From Candidatus Binatia bacterium (lineage in GTDB: Bacteria > Desulfobacterota > Binatia > Bin18), in contig CAXXHG010000039.1 in the NCBI GenBank assembly GCA_963666315.2, positions 64,001 to 128,000 of the forward strand: a DNA stretch of 64,000 nt, written 5' to 3'. The stretch's first letter is position 1. Every line of letters begins with the position of its first letter. Below the pieces are notes generated by a model. The model saw only the letters and a list, made by a program, of their open reading frames with translations, searched no databases and was not told the origin of the DNA. Shown piece after piece: positions 20,140 to 30,453 of this stretch. Both the position numbers and the translations under genes were made by a program.

Positions 20140-20436
20140 GTGCTAAGTCCTGAGAAAGTCTCACTGTGTAGCGAACAACACCCGATTGTCCAGATGTGTT
20201 GGGTTGTCGATGATATGGAAGCATCGGCCCAGCAGTGGGCCGCGACAATGGGGGCGGGACCGTTTTCCTGATCCCACATATTCAACTCGACGCGCTGACC
20301 TATCGGGGTAAACCTGCCACGCTGGATCAGTCGTCCGCCGTCGGCCAATGGGGCACGCTCCAAGTCGAGCGGTTTCAACAGCATTGCACCAACCCGTCCG
20401 GCGCGCGGGAAATGTACGCACCGGGAGAGACGGGGT
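20140..20436 (+). pseudogene. VOC/glyoxalase family gene body with element-provided start; frameshifted and 3'-truncated
   Basis: HPIVQMCWVVDDMEASAQQWAATMGAGPF/LIPHIQL...TYRG...QWGTLQVE. Confidence 0.75.
20179..20197 (+). repeat. attR core CACCCGATTGTCCAGATGT
   Basis: Identical to 6852-6870. Confidence 0.9.
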
Positions 20437-21348
20437 CGGCGGCTCATACGTCCACTGTCACATCAGTAGCGTTGGCGATAACGAGGCAAAAGACGACGAG
20501 GATTGCCTACGCATTATCCGGCGCTATCTGAGCTATTTCCCGACCAATGTATATACATCGCCGCCGCACGTTGAGCCGAGTGATGATCCAGAGCGCCGTG
20601 ATGAAGAGCTGCTTGCTATTGTGCCGCGTAACCGCAAGTGGCCGTATAATATGCTCTACGTGATGCGGCATCTGGTCGACCACGGCACGCTGTTCGAGCT
20701 CAAACCTCACTTCGGAAACTCGGTGGTGACCTGTTTGGCCCGTATGGACGGTGCAGTCGTTGGGCTAGTGGGCAATCAACCGCTGAATAGGTCTGGCATT
20801 ATTGATGGGGCGGCTGCCGATAAGGTGACCCACTTTATCCAGCTGTGTGACGCCTTCCACATCCCGCTCATCTTTCTGTCCGATGGGCCAGGCTTTATGA
20901 CCGGTTCTGTATCAGAACGCGAGGCGACCCTCCGTCGCGGGCTGCGTATTGCCTATGTCATGGCATATATCACTGTTCCTACAATCTCGGTTGTCTTACG
21001 CAAGGCCTATGGCATGGGCGCGGTTGCCATGTGTGGGCACAACAGCGGACAGATCCTGACCTTGGTCTGGCCATCCGGAGAGTTTGGCGCACTGCCGGTC
21101 GAAGGCGGTGTAGATGCGGGCCATAGACGTGCGTTGGCTGAGACCGAAGAGGGCGGGTGGACGCGCGAGGAACTGGAAGCGTACTACACGCAATTTGGGG
21201 TCCTCTCTCAACGGCGGAGACATCTAATTTCGACGATATTATTGACCCGCGTGAGACACGCCCGCGTATTATTCGAGCGCTGCGTGCTGCCCGTGCGCGT
21301 AACGCTGCGCCCCTCGGTCCGAAAATGCGACATGGGATTATGCCATAG
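20437..21348 (+). pseudogene. Acyl-CoA carboxylase carboxyltransferase, C-terminal half, frameshifted
   Basis: CDAFHIPLIFLSDGPGF, LRKAYG and FDDIIDPRETR...HGIMP. Confidence 0.8.
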
Positions 21349-21404
21349 TAGAGGCATCCCTTGTACCCGTGTGTCCGGGCGGGAAGTGGGCCGGAGGCGG
21401 GAGC

Positions 21405-22094
21405 CTATGCCTCCTCAGTCCTGTTCTGCCGCAATGCAGAAAGTGCACTTTCTACTCGGTCTAGGCGCTGAAGAATTTCCTGTTGCGGATCGGCGCGCAG
21501 ATAGCCCTGCTCAACAAGTTGGATGAAATTGCGAGCGACTTCATCCGCCGACAACGGTCCGTCGGGCTGGTACCACTGGTACAGCCAATTGCACATACCG
21601 AGAATGGCAAAAGAGACCAGCTTAGCAGGCAGTGGAGCCAGCCGCCCGGCTTGTATGCCTTCGGTAATCACCCCTTCAATCAGGCCGTCATACACGCGGC
21701 GTTCGGTTCGCGCCCGTTGGGCTATCTCTTCGGGCAGGTTGCTCTCTTCACTGAAAAAGACCCTCAGAAAATTCCCTTGGTCGGCCATCAACCGGACTTG
21801 ATGCCGGATAATTTGGCGCAACTTTTCTTCAGGCACTATGGCCTGGGAACAAATCTGACGCAAATCCCGCTGAAAGATCGCAATCGTACGCTCAAACACA
21901 CGAATAAGGAGCTCTTCTTTACTGGGACAATAACGGTAGAGGGTGACGCGCGAGATGCCCAGCCGCTCGGCGATGGTTTCGAGCGTAGTTGCCCGATAAC
22001 CCTGCTCCCCAAAGCAGTCCGCCGCCGCCTGCAAGATGGCTTCTTCACGCACAGCCTGCTTGCTGCCCCGTTCCCGTCCGTTCTTCGTAGCCAT
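21405..22094 (-). CDS. TetR family regulator (KstR2-like)
   Basis: N-terminal TetR HTH; ILGMCNWLYQWYQPDG. Confidence 0.88.
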   Translation of the reverse strand: MATKNGRERGSKQAVREEAILQAAADCFGEQGYRATTLETIAERLGISRVTLYRYCPSKEELLIRVFERTIAIFQRDLRQICSQAIVPEEKLRQIIRHQVRLMADQGNFLRVFFSEESNLPEEIAQRARTERRVYDGLIEGVITEGIQAGRLAPLPAKLVSFAILGMCNWLYQWYQPDGPLSADEVARNFIQLVEQGYLRADPQQEILQRLDRVESALSALRQNRTEEA

Positions 22095-22246
22095 GCCCTG
22101 CGCTTACTGGATTCGCCCCGGTCGTGCAAGCCGCCTCCTGTCGTCCGATCTTTCTCTTCTTTTCCCTTTGCCCCCCTTGTCAGGGGACGCTTGGACTTGG
22201 TATGCGCGAAAAAAGAGAAAGGGCATTCTAGTGCGAGGAGGTGGAG

Positions 22247-22804
22247 ATGCCGCGATCCCGGTTGCCGAAGGAAAGTGTGCTCGTCCTGGGAGGCGCGCGC
22301 TCAGGAAAGAGCGACTACGCCTTACAGCGAACACTCAAGTGGAAAGGCCAGCTGGTCTATTTTGCGACGGCCGAGGCGAAAGATGAGGAGATGAAAGAGC
22401 GTATTGCCCGCCATCGTGCTGAGCGTCGCAGCCGACGCTGGGTGACAGTAGAGGAGCCTCTAGAAGTCGTCTGGCGGCTGAAGGAAATGGACGACGATAT
22501 TGGGGCGGTGATCCTCGACTGTGTGACCCTGTGGGTCTCGAATGCCCTGCTCAATGACCAAAAAGATGATTTGGAGAGCCAGGTTGCTGAGCTTGTCGAG
22601 GAACTCCCCCTTTTCCCTTTCCACTTTCTTGCTGTGAGCAATGAGGTGGGCTTAGGCATCGTTCCGGATTCGCTTCTCGGTCGGGAGTATCGCGATTTGC
22701 TTGGCTCGGTAAACCAACGACTGGCCCGAGTGTGTAATGAGGTTGTGTTTATGACTGCCGGGATTCCCATGCAGCTGAAAGGCAGCTCAAAGGAGAGTCC
22801 GTGA
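22247..22804 (+). CDS. cobU: Adenosylcobinamide kinase/cobinamide-phosphate guanylyltransferase
   Basis: GGARSGKS, RIARHR, DCVTLW and SNEVGLG. Confidence 0.93.
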   Translation: MPRSRLPKESVLVLGGARSGKSDYALQRTLKWKGQLVYFATAEAKDEEMKERIARHRAERRSRRWVTVEEPLEVVWRLKEMDDDIGAVILDCVTLWVSNALLNDQKDDLESQVAELVEELPLFPFHFLAVSNEVGLGIVPDSLLGREYRDLLGSVNQRLARVCNEVVFMTAGIPMQLKGSSKESP

Positions 22805-23868
22805 GATTAATGCAAGAGACACTGGGCCAGATCACTCCAATTCTTTCTGATTTGGCCGACACCGTCCAAGCCCGTCTTGATCAACTCACCAAGCCGCAGG
22901 GCAGCCTGGGACGGTTAGAAGATATTGCCCGGTGCTGTGTGATGATCACTGGACGCGAACATCCGCAGGTGACGAAAAAAGTCCTCTTTGTCTTCTGTGG
23001 CGATCATGGCGTGGCAGCCGAAGGCGTGAGTGCGTACCCACGAGAAGTAACGGCCCAAATGGTGCTCAACTGTCTCCACGGCGGGGCAGCTATTTGCGTG
23101 CTGGCTCGTCAGCTTGGTATCGATGTGAATATTGTTGATGTCGGGGTTGATGCAGATTTTTCTCCTGAACAACCTGAACAATTTGGGTTCATCAACAAAA
23201 AGATTGGACGTGGAACAGCAAATTTTACTCAGCAGCCCGCCATGACTCAGGAAGCAGCGGTGCGGGCTATTGAAGTTGGGATTGCTCTGACCGCTAAGGC
23301 GATACACAATGGTGCCCAGCTCATCGGCGCGGGGGAGATGGGCATAGGCAATACCACATCGGCGACCGCGCTGTTGTGTGCGTTGAGTGGATTCAGTCCG
23401 GAAGAGCTGACCGGGGTGGGAACCGGAATACATGAAGAGGCGCGGCAGAAGAAAATCGCAGTTATTCGCACTGCCCTCGCTCTTCACACGCTTGAGCGAG
23501 CCGACCCTCTCGGTATTCTGGCTCACCTTGGTGGATATGAAATCGCTGCTATGGTCGGTGTCTATCTCGCCGGAGCGGCGCAAAAGGTTCCGCTCCTTGT
23601 TGACGGTTTTATCGCGACCAGTGCCGCCTGGATTGCCTGCGGCCTGAGCCCCGCAGTAAAAGGCCATCTCATATTTGCGCATTGTTCTGCGGAGCAGGGC
23701 CATCAAAAAGTTCTGGATGCACTCCACGTACAGGCGTTGCTGGATCTCAAGATGAGGTTGGGTGAAGGAACCGGCGCAGCACTGGGGATGAGTATCGTCG
23801 AGTCTGCCGTCCGACTGTACAGTGAAATGGCGACTTTTGCTGAAGCGGCAGTCTCAGAAAAAGCGTAA
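22801..23868 (+). CDS. cobT: Nicotinate-nucleotide--dimethylbenzimidazole phosphoribosyltransferase
   Basis: TKPQGSLGRLE, GEMGIGNTT and RLGEGTGA. Confidence 0.95.
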   Translation: MRLMQETLGQITPILSDLADTVQARLDQLTKPQGSLGRLEDIARCCVMITGREHPQVTKKVLFVFCGDHGVAAEGVSAYPREVTAQMVLNCLHGGAAICVLARQLGIDVNIVDVGVDADFSPEQPEQFGFINKKIGRGTANFTQQPAMTQEAAVRAIEVGIALTAKAIHNGAQLIGAGEMGIGNTTSATALLCALSGFSPEELTGVGTGIHEEARQKKIAVIRTALALHTLERADPLGILAHLGGYEIAAMVGVYLAGAAQKVPLLVDGFIATSAAWIACGLSPAVKGHLIFAHCSAEQGHQKVLDALHVQALLDLKMRLGEGTGAALGMSIVESAVRLYSEMATFAEAAVSEKA

Positions 23869-24450
23869 TGGCTGCTCCTCAAGACGGACAAGATGGGCAA
23901 GATAAGCAAAATGGGAAAAACGGGCAAGACAAGCGTGCGACTCCGTGGGCTGTGAAAGTGCAGGGCGCAACGCTTGTTGTCTCTCTGCCTGTTCCGTATC
24001 GAGTCCTGAGTTGGGCGCCTCTCAATCCTGGATTCGTAGAAGCTCGAACCATCATCAACCATCACGTCAGCATCAAAAATCCGATACCCGACGAACCGGC
24101 GTATGCTTTGACGCAGCACGCCCAACAGTTACATCTTGCCTTCCCGGTTGTTGGGCTGATGACCGGAGTACGCATGGAGCGGCTCGTACGACAGACCGAA
24201 CAGCTCGACGCGCTGATGCTTGAATGTTGCGCGACGGTTGGATTGACGAATGCCCTGGCGGTAGGCGATCACGCGACCTATGAGGAGAGGCCGGGGACTA
24301 TCAACCTGATTGTCTTGCTCGATCAGCCGCTCACTGCAGGTGCGATGGTCGAAGCTATTTCCCTTGTGACCGAGGCAAAGCTGCAATCTCTACAAGCTGC
24401 TGACGTGCGCAGTACAGTTTCTCACTCGCTCGCAACGGGCACAGGAACGG
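23868..24450 (+). pseudogene. cbiZ: Adenosylcobinamide amidohydrolase, 3'-truncated
   Basis: VGLMTG, GTINL, TEAK and ATGTGT, then an abrupt junction. Confidence 0.75.
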
Positions 24451-24798
24451 AACTTCGTTCCTGTGCGGCTGACTGCGTTGGCGATCATCGCTGCAGCCTG
24501 GCTGCTGCGCTGGGTCGGGCGGGGCTATGACGGCGCCGCAGCCTGGCGCATAACCCGGCGTGACGGTCACAAACACGCCAGCCCGAATGCCGGCTATCCT
24601 GAGGCGGCCTTGGCCGGCGCCTTAGGCGTCCAGTTCGGCGGTCCGAGCGGGTACTTTGGGACGGTCGTTGATAAACCGACATTGGGAGAGCCGAGTCCGT
24701 CACTGCCTCCTGCTCTTATATCGCAAAGTCTGACCTTAATCGATGCACCCAGTGTTGTGTCGGTGAGTCTCTGTACTGCTTTACTTCTCTTTTTTTAA
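24451..24798 (+). pseudogene. cbiB: Adenosylcobinamide-phosphate synthase C-terminal fragment
   Basis: NFVPVRLTA...RDGHKHASPNAGYPEAALAGALGV. Confidence 0.85.
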
Positions 24799-24922
24799 GC
24801 TCCGGTAAGCCCTCTAAGCCCCTCTAAGTGCCTGTCAAGTCCGCTCTCTCTTGCGTCTATTGAGGAGGGCAGGATAAGGAGAAGGGAGCGCAAGAGAAGA
24901 AAGAGAAGCTAAGGAGGGAACC

Positions 24923-25447
24923 ATGGGTAACATTCACGTCTCAAAAGAAGATATGCTGAAACGGGTCGCGCGCTTTAAAGATCTGAAGTCCAGTGACCAG
25001 GCCTTTGTGGACAGCAAGATCCCCGGCCATGAACGGAACATCTTCAACGTCATTGGCCGGGGCGTCACTGAGGATACGAACCTCAGTCCTGCCATTACCG
25101 CGGTCCAGGATTTTAACGTCACCTATGTTGGCGCGAGTCCGGGAAAAGGTGCGGCCCTGCACAGTCATAGTACGGTGGAAGTCTTTATTCCCCTATCCGG
25201 GAAGTGGTCGATTTTCTGGGGGGATGAAGGTGAGCAAGAGATCATTCTCGAAACCTGGGATACGGTTTCGGTTCCAACTGGAATCATGCGCGGCTTCCGC
25301 AATGTCGGGACTGAAGATGCGCACTTGATGGCTATCCTAGGCGGGACAGATCCTGGCCATGTGGCCTGGGCTCCGCAGGTTCTGGAACAGGCGAAACAGA
25401 CCGAACTCACACTTGATGCGGAGGGGAATCTGCTGCCGGAAAATTAG
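24923..25447 (+). CDS. Cupin domain protein
   Basis: GAALHSHSTVEVF...WDTVSVPTG.MRGF; AGGAGG RBS. Confidence 0.8.
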   Translation: MGNIHVSKEDMLKRVARFKDLKSSDQAFVDSKIPGHERNIFNVIGRGVTEDTNLSPAITAVQDFNVTYVGASPGKGAALHSHSTVEVFIPLSGKWSIFWGDEGEQEIILETWDTVSVPTGIMRGFRNVGTEDAHLMAILGGTDPGHVAWAPQVLEQAKQTELTLDAEGNLLPEN

Positions 25448-25622
25448 AGTGTCCCCGTTACTTGTGAAGTAATCGTCTCAAGCAGTCCATGCTGTACTGC
25501 CACGCCGGACTGCCGTCTGAGAATCTAGGCGAGGTTGGAACCCTAACCAGTTTGGCTTTTTTGCCAGTTCAGTATAAACCTGCCCCTGCATCTCTACCGT
25601 TTCTCCGACCGACAAATCCCGG

Positions 25623-26689
25623 ATGCACGGTGGCAATGTCGTTGCCTTTGCACGGGAGCGGGGTGTTGCACAAGAACGCATCCTTGACTTTAGTGCGAGC
25701 ATCAACCCGCTTGGCCCTCCGTCAGCCGTGAAAGCAGCCTATCGACGGGCGGTGTCCGGCATGAGCCATTACCCACAGCCCTATGCCGATACGCTAGTCA
25801 CCGCCCTGGCCGCCTATCATGGTCTGGCGTCCTCCGCGATTTCGGCCGGCAATGGCTCGACCCAGTTGATCTATCTTGTGGCGCGCGTGTTTACGCCGCA
25901 GCGGGTCCTGTGTATTGCCCCGCTCTTTAGCGAGCATAGATATGCTTTTCATCTCGGTGGTGCACGGGTCAAGCAACTTGTCCTGCGACCTCCCCGATTT
26001 TCCCTGTCATTAGATCGTTTGCGCACAGCGCTAGACATTTGTTAGAACATGCTGGTGCTGACCAATCCCAATAGTCCAACCAGCCAGGTTATGCCCCGGG
26101 AACAGGTCAGGGATATCGTGCGCCTGTGTCGGCAGACTCAGACGCGATTGCTGATTGATGAAACATCTATGGATTGGCTGGAAGAAGAATCCACCAAACG
26201 TCTGGCTATTCGTAATCGTCACCTCATTGTTGTACGTTCGCTCACTAAATTTTTCGCTTTGCCGGGGCTGCGGGTGCGCTATCTGATTGCCTGCCCGTCC
26301 GTTGTGCGGCTGCTACGCAAACACCTCGAACCCTGGTCAGTAAACGGCGTAGCCATAGCAGTGGCCCGCGTCTGCTTGCAGGATCAAGGCTATGTTCGAC
26401 GCAGCAGAACATTTATGAGCCACGAACGGGCGTGGTTGCGGGAGCGTCTCAAAAAAATTTCAAACGTATCGGTTTTCCATCCTAAGCGAATTTTCTCCTT
26501 ACTCAATTGGCTATGAAGACTATTGCCGCACCTCAGCTCGCCAAGGAACTGGCGCAGCAGAATATGCTGATCCGGTCGTGTGAGGATTTCCACGGTCTTG
26601 ATACACGTTTCTTTCGCGTAGCGGTCAGGCTGCGCCAAGAGAATGGACGATTATTGGCGGCTTTGCGAGCGGTTCTGGGGAATACGTAG
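25623..26689 (+). pseudogene. cobD: Threonine-phosphate decarboxylase with in-frame TAG (26043) and a late frameshift
   Basis: MHGGN...DFSASINPLG, NPN, RSLTKFFALPGLR and FFRVAVR. Confidence 0.85.
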
Positions 26690-26714
26690 CCTGACAGGCG
26701 ACACCGATACGCTC

Positions 26715-27464
26715 TTATTTTTTCTCGAAATGTTTACGCATCGCCGCAAAACTGAGGCGTTGGTGATACGCCAGCTCGTCGTCGGGATAGCGGTGCTCCC
26801 GGCCGTACACGCACTGGCAGCGGGCGTGACAGCGGCCAACACAATCGGTCGAGACTCGCACACGGTGCTGGACGCAAGACGGAATGTCCCAGCCTTTTGC
26901 AACGTCGATCGCACTGGCTGGGCATGCGGCCATGCAGGCCCGCTCTGTACAGCTTGGGCAGGGGTCAAAGCCTGGCGCAACAGGAGGGACCGAGAGTTCT
27001 TGGTCAATGAGAATGGCCGCCCGCAAAGCCATCCAGGGTCCATATTCTGGGTGTATCATCACCCCGAGAATACTCGGCCCCGCCAGCCCCGCTGCTTGTG
27101 TTAAATGCATGAAGGAGACGGTGAGGCCGTCAAAAAACTGGAATGGATAGATATAGCGATAACGGGCTTTTGTGAGATCCAAGTGGTGGGTAAGTGTGCC
27201 CTCGATGATGGCAACCGTATAGGCATCAAGCGGATGCTTGTGTTGCTGAAAATAGCCGGGTCTGGCATCCGCATAGTCGCGAAAGTGTTCCCAGAATTCT
27301 CCTCCGCCATTCCCAATAACGATCACCGTCTTTGCAGTGGGGAGGAGAGTGCCAATGTGATATTTGGGCGTGACTAATGCTTCGTAGTCGGCCACCGGGG
27401 TGGTCCCAATGAGGTTGAGGCCGGCTGGAGCGAGGGCGGTTGTAATGTTTTGGAGGAGATTCAT
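26715..27464 (-). CDS. QueG/CblC-like protein with C-terminal 4Fe-4S Cys cluster
   Basis: HPLD, IHPEYGPWMALRAA and CPSC...C..ACP...C...C...C.AR..C. Confidence 0.65.
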   Translation of the reverse strand: MNLLQNITTALAPAGLNLIGTTPVADYEALVTPKYHIGTLLPTAKTVIVIGNGGGEFWEHFRDYADARPGYFQQHKHPLDAYTVAIIEGTLTHHLDLTKARYRYIYPFQFFDGLTVSFMHLTQAAGLAGPSILGVMIHPEYGPWMALRAAILIDQELSVPPVAPGFDPCPSCTERACMAACPASAIDVAKGWDIPSCVQHRVRVSTDCVGRCHARCQCVYGREHRYPDDELAYHQRLSFAAMRKHFEKK

Positions 27465-27492
27465 CTCTCTCTTGGCCTTTCCTCGCTTTTCT

Positions 27493-28242
27493 TCATTTCT
27501 CATAATTCACTGCGATCAGAAATAATCCTTGCGGCGGGGCAGTACGTCCGGCCTGGGATCGATCCTGGGCTGCAAGGATCGCGGAAAAATCGTCGACGCT
27601 CAGTGCCCCGCGCCCGACTTCGACGAGCGCGCCGACAATATTCCGTACCATGTGGCGCAGAAACGATCGGGCTTCTACATCATACACGAGAAAGCCGTGC
27701 TGGAGACGGACCGTGCTCCGGATCATGGTCCGCCAGGGCGTACGTTCCACTGAGTCGGCCCCTTGAAAAGAGGAAAAGTCGTGGTGGCCGACAAGCACCG
27801 CAGCGGCTTGGTTCATGGCAGACTGGTCTAAGGCCAAGGCGACATGCCACGAGTAGCGAGCAAACAGGGCGGACGGATACGACTGATTCCACACACGATA
27901 GCGGTAGGTGCGGCTGGAGGCATCATAGCGCGGGTTAAATTCCTCAGAGATTTCCGTCATCTCTCGGATCACAATGTCAGGAGGGAGCAGGGAATTGACG
28001 CTGTGCTGAAAGCGCGGCAGGTTAAGCGGACCCGCTGCGTGGAAGGTGGCTACCTGGCCCAGTGCATGCACGCCTGCATCCGTTCGTCCAGCGACATGCA
28101 GGCGCGTAGGCGTATTCAGGATTTGTGATAGAACCGCCACAAGTGTACCTTGGACCGTAGCTCCATTGGGCTGGAGCTGCCAGCCGTGGTAGTTGGTGCC
28201 GTCATATTCGAGCAGCAGTTTATAATGCACTCCGTTCCTCAA
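27493..28242 (-). CDS. truA: tRNA pseudouridine 38-40 synthase
   Basis: YDGT, AGRTDAGVHA, FLRHMVRNIVG and TAPPQGL. Confidence 0.95.
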   Translation of the reverse strand: MRNGVHYKLLLEYDGTNYHGWQLQPNGATVQGTLVAVLSQILNTPTRLHVAGRTDAGVHALGQVATFHAAGPLNLPRFQHSVNSLLPPDIVIREMTEISEEFNPRYDASSRTYRYRVWNQSYPSALFARYSWHVALALDQSAMNQAAAVLVGHHDFSSFQGADSVERTPWRTMIRSTVRLQHGFLVYDVEARSFLRHMVRNIVGALVEVGRGALSVDDFSAILAAQDRSQAGRTAPPQGLFLIAVNYEK

Positions 28243-29341
28243 GAAGCTGAATAAAGGATTCCCAGCCGAACGCCTCGCATTTTGCCGCTATCGCTGCGTC
28301 ATAGGGCTTTGTAAGGAAATCGGTATATAAACGCTGAATCGCCCTGGCTACGTCATCCGAGTCTGGATCGGCGAGGACTCCCGTCTGTCCATCCTCAATA
28401 ATGTCGGGAAAGCCGCCGACCCGAGTCGCAATGACAGGTTTTCCAAAGCCATAGGCTAAGGCGATCGTCATGCTTTGGGACGCGGCGCGATACGGTAGAA
28501 CTAAGGCGTCGGTAGCCGCAAATAAGGCCGGCCACTCCGGCTTGCTGATATACCGATCAATAATCCGGACGCAATCATTGAGATGTAAAGATTGGACAAG
28601 ACTGCGGGTTACATCCACGGAAGTGTAAAACTCGCCAGCAACTAAGAGAGACACGCCCAGCTCTCGTGGCACCTTGGCCAAAGCGTGCAGCAGAATGTCC
28701 AACCCTTTGTAGGCACGCACATAACCAAAAAACAGAAGGACGCGGCCTGATACTCCAAGACGACGCTGGGCTTCTTCTCGGTCTGGTTGGGATTGTGAGG
28801 TCTCCAAAAGTGGATAGTCCAGAAAATGAACGCGTGTATCCGGAACAAGCGTTTTGATGAGATCGGAATCGGTGCGAGAGTGGACAATCACATCCGTACA
28901 GCGCTGGGCAACCCAGCGCAGCGCAAGGTCTTGGCCTGGAAGCGGCTCATGCGGGCGGGTATGGTGAGAGATCAAGATACGCGCCGTCCGAGGCAGGGCT
29001 GTGCGAAGAGCAGACAAAACGGAAATATAACACGGCGCAAAAAAAGGATGCCACCACTGAAAGGTTACGACGTCCGGAGCCCAGGCGACGATGTGTCGTG
29101 CCGTGCGCCACCAGCTGAGGGGATTGAGACTATCGAGGCAGGCGAGGGCCGAGGTCTGAGTGTGGTGAGGGGCAGCATCGTACTGGCTGCGGCCGGGGAA
29201 AAAAAATTGCGGATACAACCGAGAGAAATTGAGTTGTTCGACCCGGTGGCCGGCCAGCCGGAGTGCTTGGGCTCGGGCATCATTGTCAATGGCGATCCCT
29301 CCACGGAGCGGGGCTGAGGGGCCGACCAGAACACACTGCAT
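28220..29341 (-). CDS. Glycosyltransferase family 4
   Basis: LLFFGYVRAYKGL, LPYRAASQS and PVIATRVGG. Confidence 0.88.
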   Translation of the reverse strand: MQCVLVGPSAPLRGGIAIDNDARAQALRLAGHRVEQLNFSRLYPQFFFPGRSQYDAAPHHTQTSALACLDSLNPLSWWRTARHIVAWAPDVVTFQWWHPFFAPCYISVLSALRTALPRTARILISHHTRPHEPLPGQDLALRWVAQRCTDVIVHSRTDSDLIKTLVPDTRVHFLDYPLLETSQSQPDREEAQRRLGVSGRVLLFFGYVRAYKGLDILLHALAKVPRELGVSLLVAGEFYTSVDVTRSLVQSLHLNDCVRIIDRYISKPEWPALFAATDALVLPYRAASQSMTIALAYGFGKPVIATRVGGFPDIIEDGQTGVLADPDSDDVARAIQRLYTDFLTKPYDAAIAAKCEAFGWESFIQLLEERSAL

Positions 29342-29370
29342 AGCGCCGTTAACCAGAAGAGTTGCGCGAG

Positions 29371-30453
29371 TTATGAGGACGAGAGAGGCGACGGCGCCGT
29401 TCGAGCAGAAGCCGGATCGTGGGGCGCAGGCGGGTGCGGTCGATCGGCATCAATGCTGAGACGGCTGTTGTGTTGTGGGCTGTTGATGACCTCTACAATG
29501 CTACAGTCCTCACGCCGACCACTGAGGAAGATAAAGAGCTCAGCCATCAAACCAAAAAAGATGAACTGCAGGCCGGACAGGAGCAGAAAGATACCGACTA
29601 AGAAGAGCGGCCGGTTCCCAATCCACTGTCCGAATATCCATCCGAGCCCGAGGTAGACGATGATAGCGGTACCCAGGAGGCCACTGCTCAGTCCGATCAG
29701 GCCGAAGAAGTGCAGCGGCTTATGCGTATACCGCCCGAGCATCACCAGTGTGATGAGATCAAAAATACCGCTGAGCGAACGCGACCAGCCGTAGCGGGAA
29801 TGGCCATGTCGTCTGGGGAAATGCCGTACCGGCAGCTCCTCAATGCTAAAGCCGCGTTGGCGAGCAATGACGGGAACAAAGCGATGCATTTCGCCGTACA
29901 ATTTGAGTTCTTGTACCACCTGGTGGCGGTAGCCTTTGAGGCCGCAATTCATGTCGTGCAAAGTCAGGCCTGTCATAAACCGGGTACCGGCGTTGAACAG
30001 ATACGAACTGATAATCCGCGTCCAGTCGTCCTGGCGGTCTTGCTTCCAACCGCTCACGACATCTGTCCCTGCAGCCAATTGGTCGAGAAAACGTGGAATC
30101 TCTTCCGGAGCATCCTGCAGATCCGCGTCTATGGTGATGAGGAAATCCCCCTGGGCTCGGCTAAAGCCTTCTGACAATGCGGCTGCTTTTCCGTAATTGC
30201 GACGAAAGCGGATGGCGCACATATGTGGATACTGGGTTGAGAGCGTATGCAGGATCTCAGGCGTTTGATCCGTGCTGCCATCATCAATAATCAGGATTTC
30301 ATATGTATCGGAGCATTCTTGTAGCGTTCGGTCGATCCGCTCAAGAAGCTCGGGCAAGGCCTCAGCCTCATTAAACGCTGGGACAATGACTGAAACGTGC
30401 ATATTCTCCATTTCTGAGTATCTCTTCTCGTTTGGGGGCGAAACACAGCTCAA
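29371..30453 (-). CDS. Glycosyltransferase family 2 (ArnC/GtrB-like)
   Basis: DDGSTD, RNYGK, DADLQD, DMNCGLK and GEMHRF; two C-terminal TM helices. Confidence 0.88.
   Translation of the reverse strand: MSCVSPPNEKRYSEMENMHVSVIVPAFNEAEALPELLERIDRTLQECSDTYEILIIDDGSTDQTPEILHTLSTQYPHMCAIRFRRNYGKAAALSEGFSRAQGDFLITIDADLQDAPEEIPRFLDQLAAGTDVVSGWKQDRQDDWTRIISSYLFNAGTRFMTGLTLHDMNCGLKGYRHQVVQELKLYGEMHRFVPVIARQRGFSIEELPVRHFPRRHGHSRYGWSRSLSGIFDLITLVMLGRYTHKPLHFFGLIGLSSGLLGTAIIVYLGLGWIFGQWIGNRPLFLVGIFLLLSGLQFIFFGLMAELFIFLSGRREDCSIVEVINSPQHNSRLSIDADRPHPPAPHDPASARTAPSPLSSS

Larger units (their letters stand above)
6852..20197. mobile_element. Integrative element (phage-satellite/IME-like), 13.3 kb
   Basis: 19-bp direct repeat at both ends; tyrosine integrase next to the right end; xis-like HTH, helicase and radC inside. 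Confidence 0.85.

Noticed and set aside
22095-22246. Cobalamin riboswitch upstream of cobU
   Set aside because: The intergenic region is short and I could not recognise a B12-box; an Rfam scan would be decisive.
21483-22394. Long antisense ORFs (this 303-aa ORF, also 22915-23727, 43026-43901, 48166-49005, 56627-57361)
   Set aside because: They are shadows of well-supported genes on the opposite strand and have no recognisable motifs.
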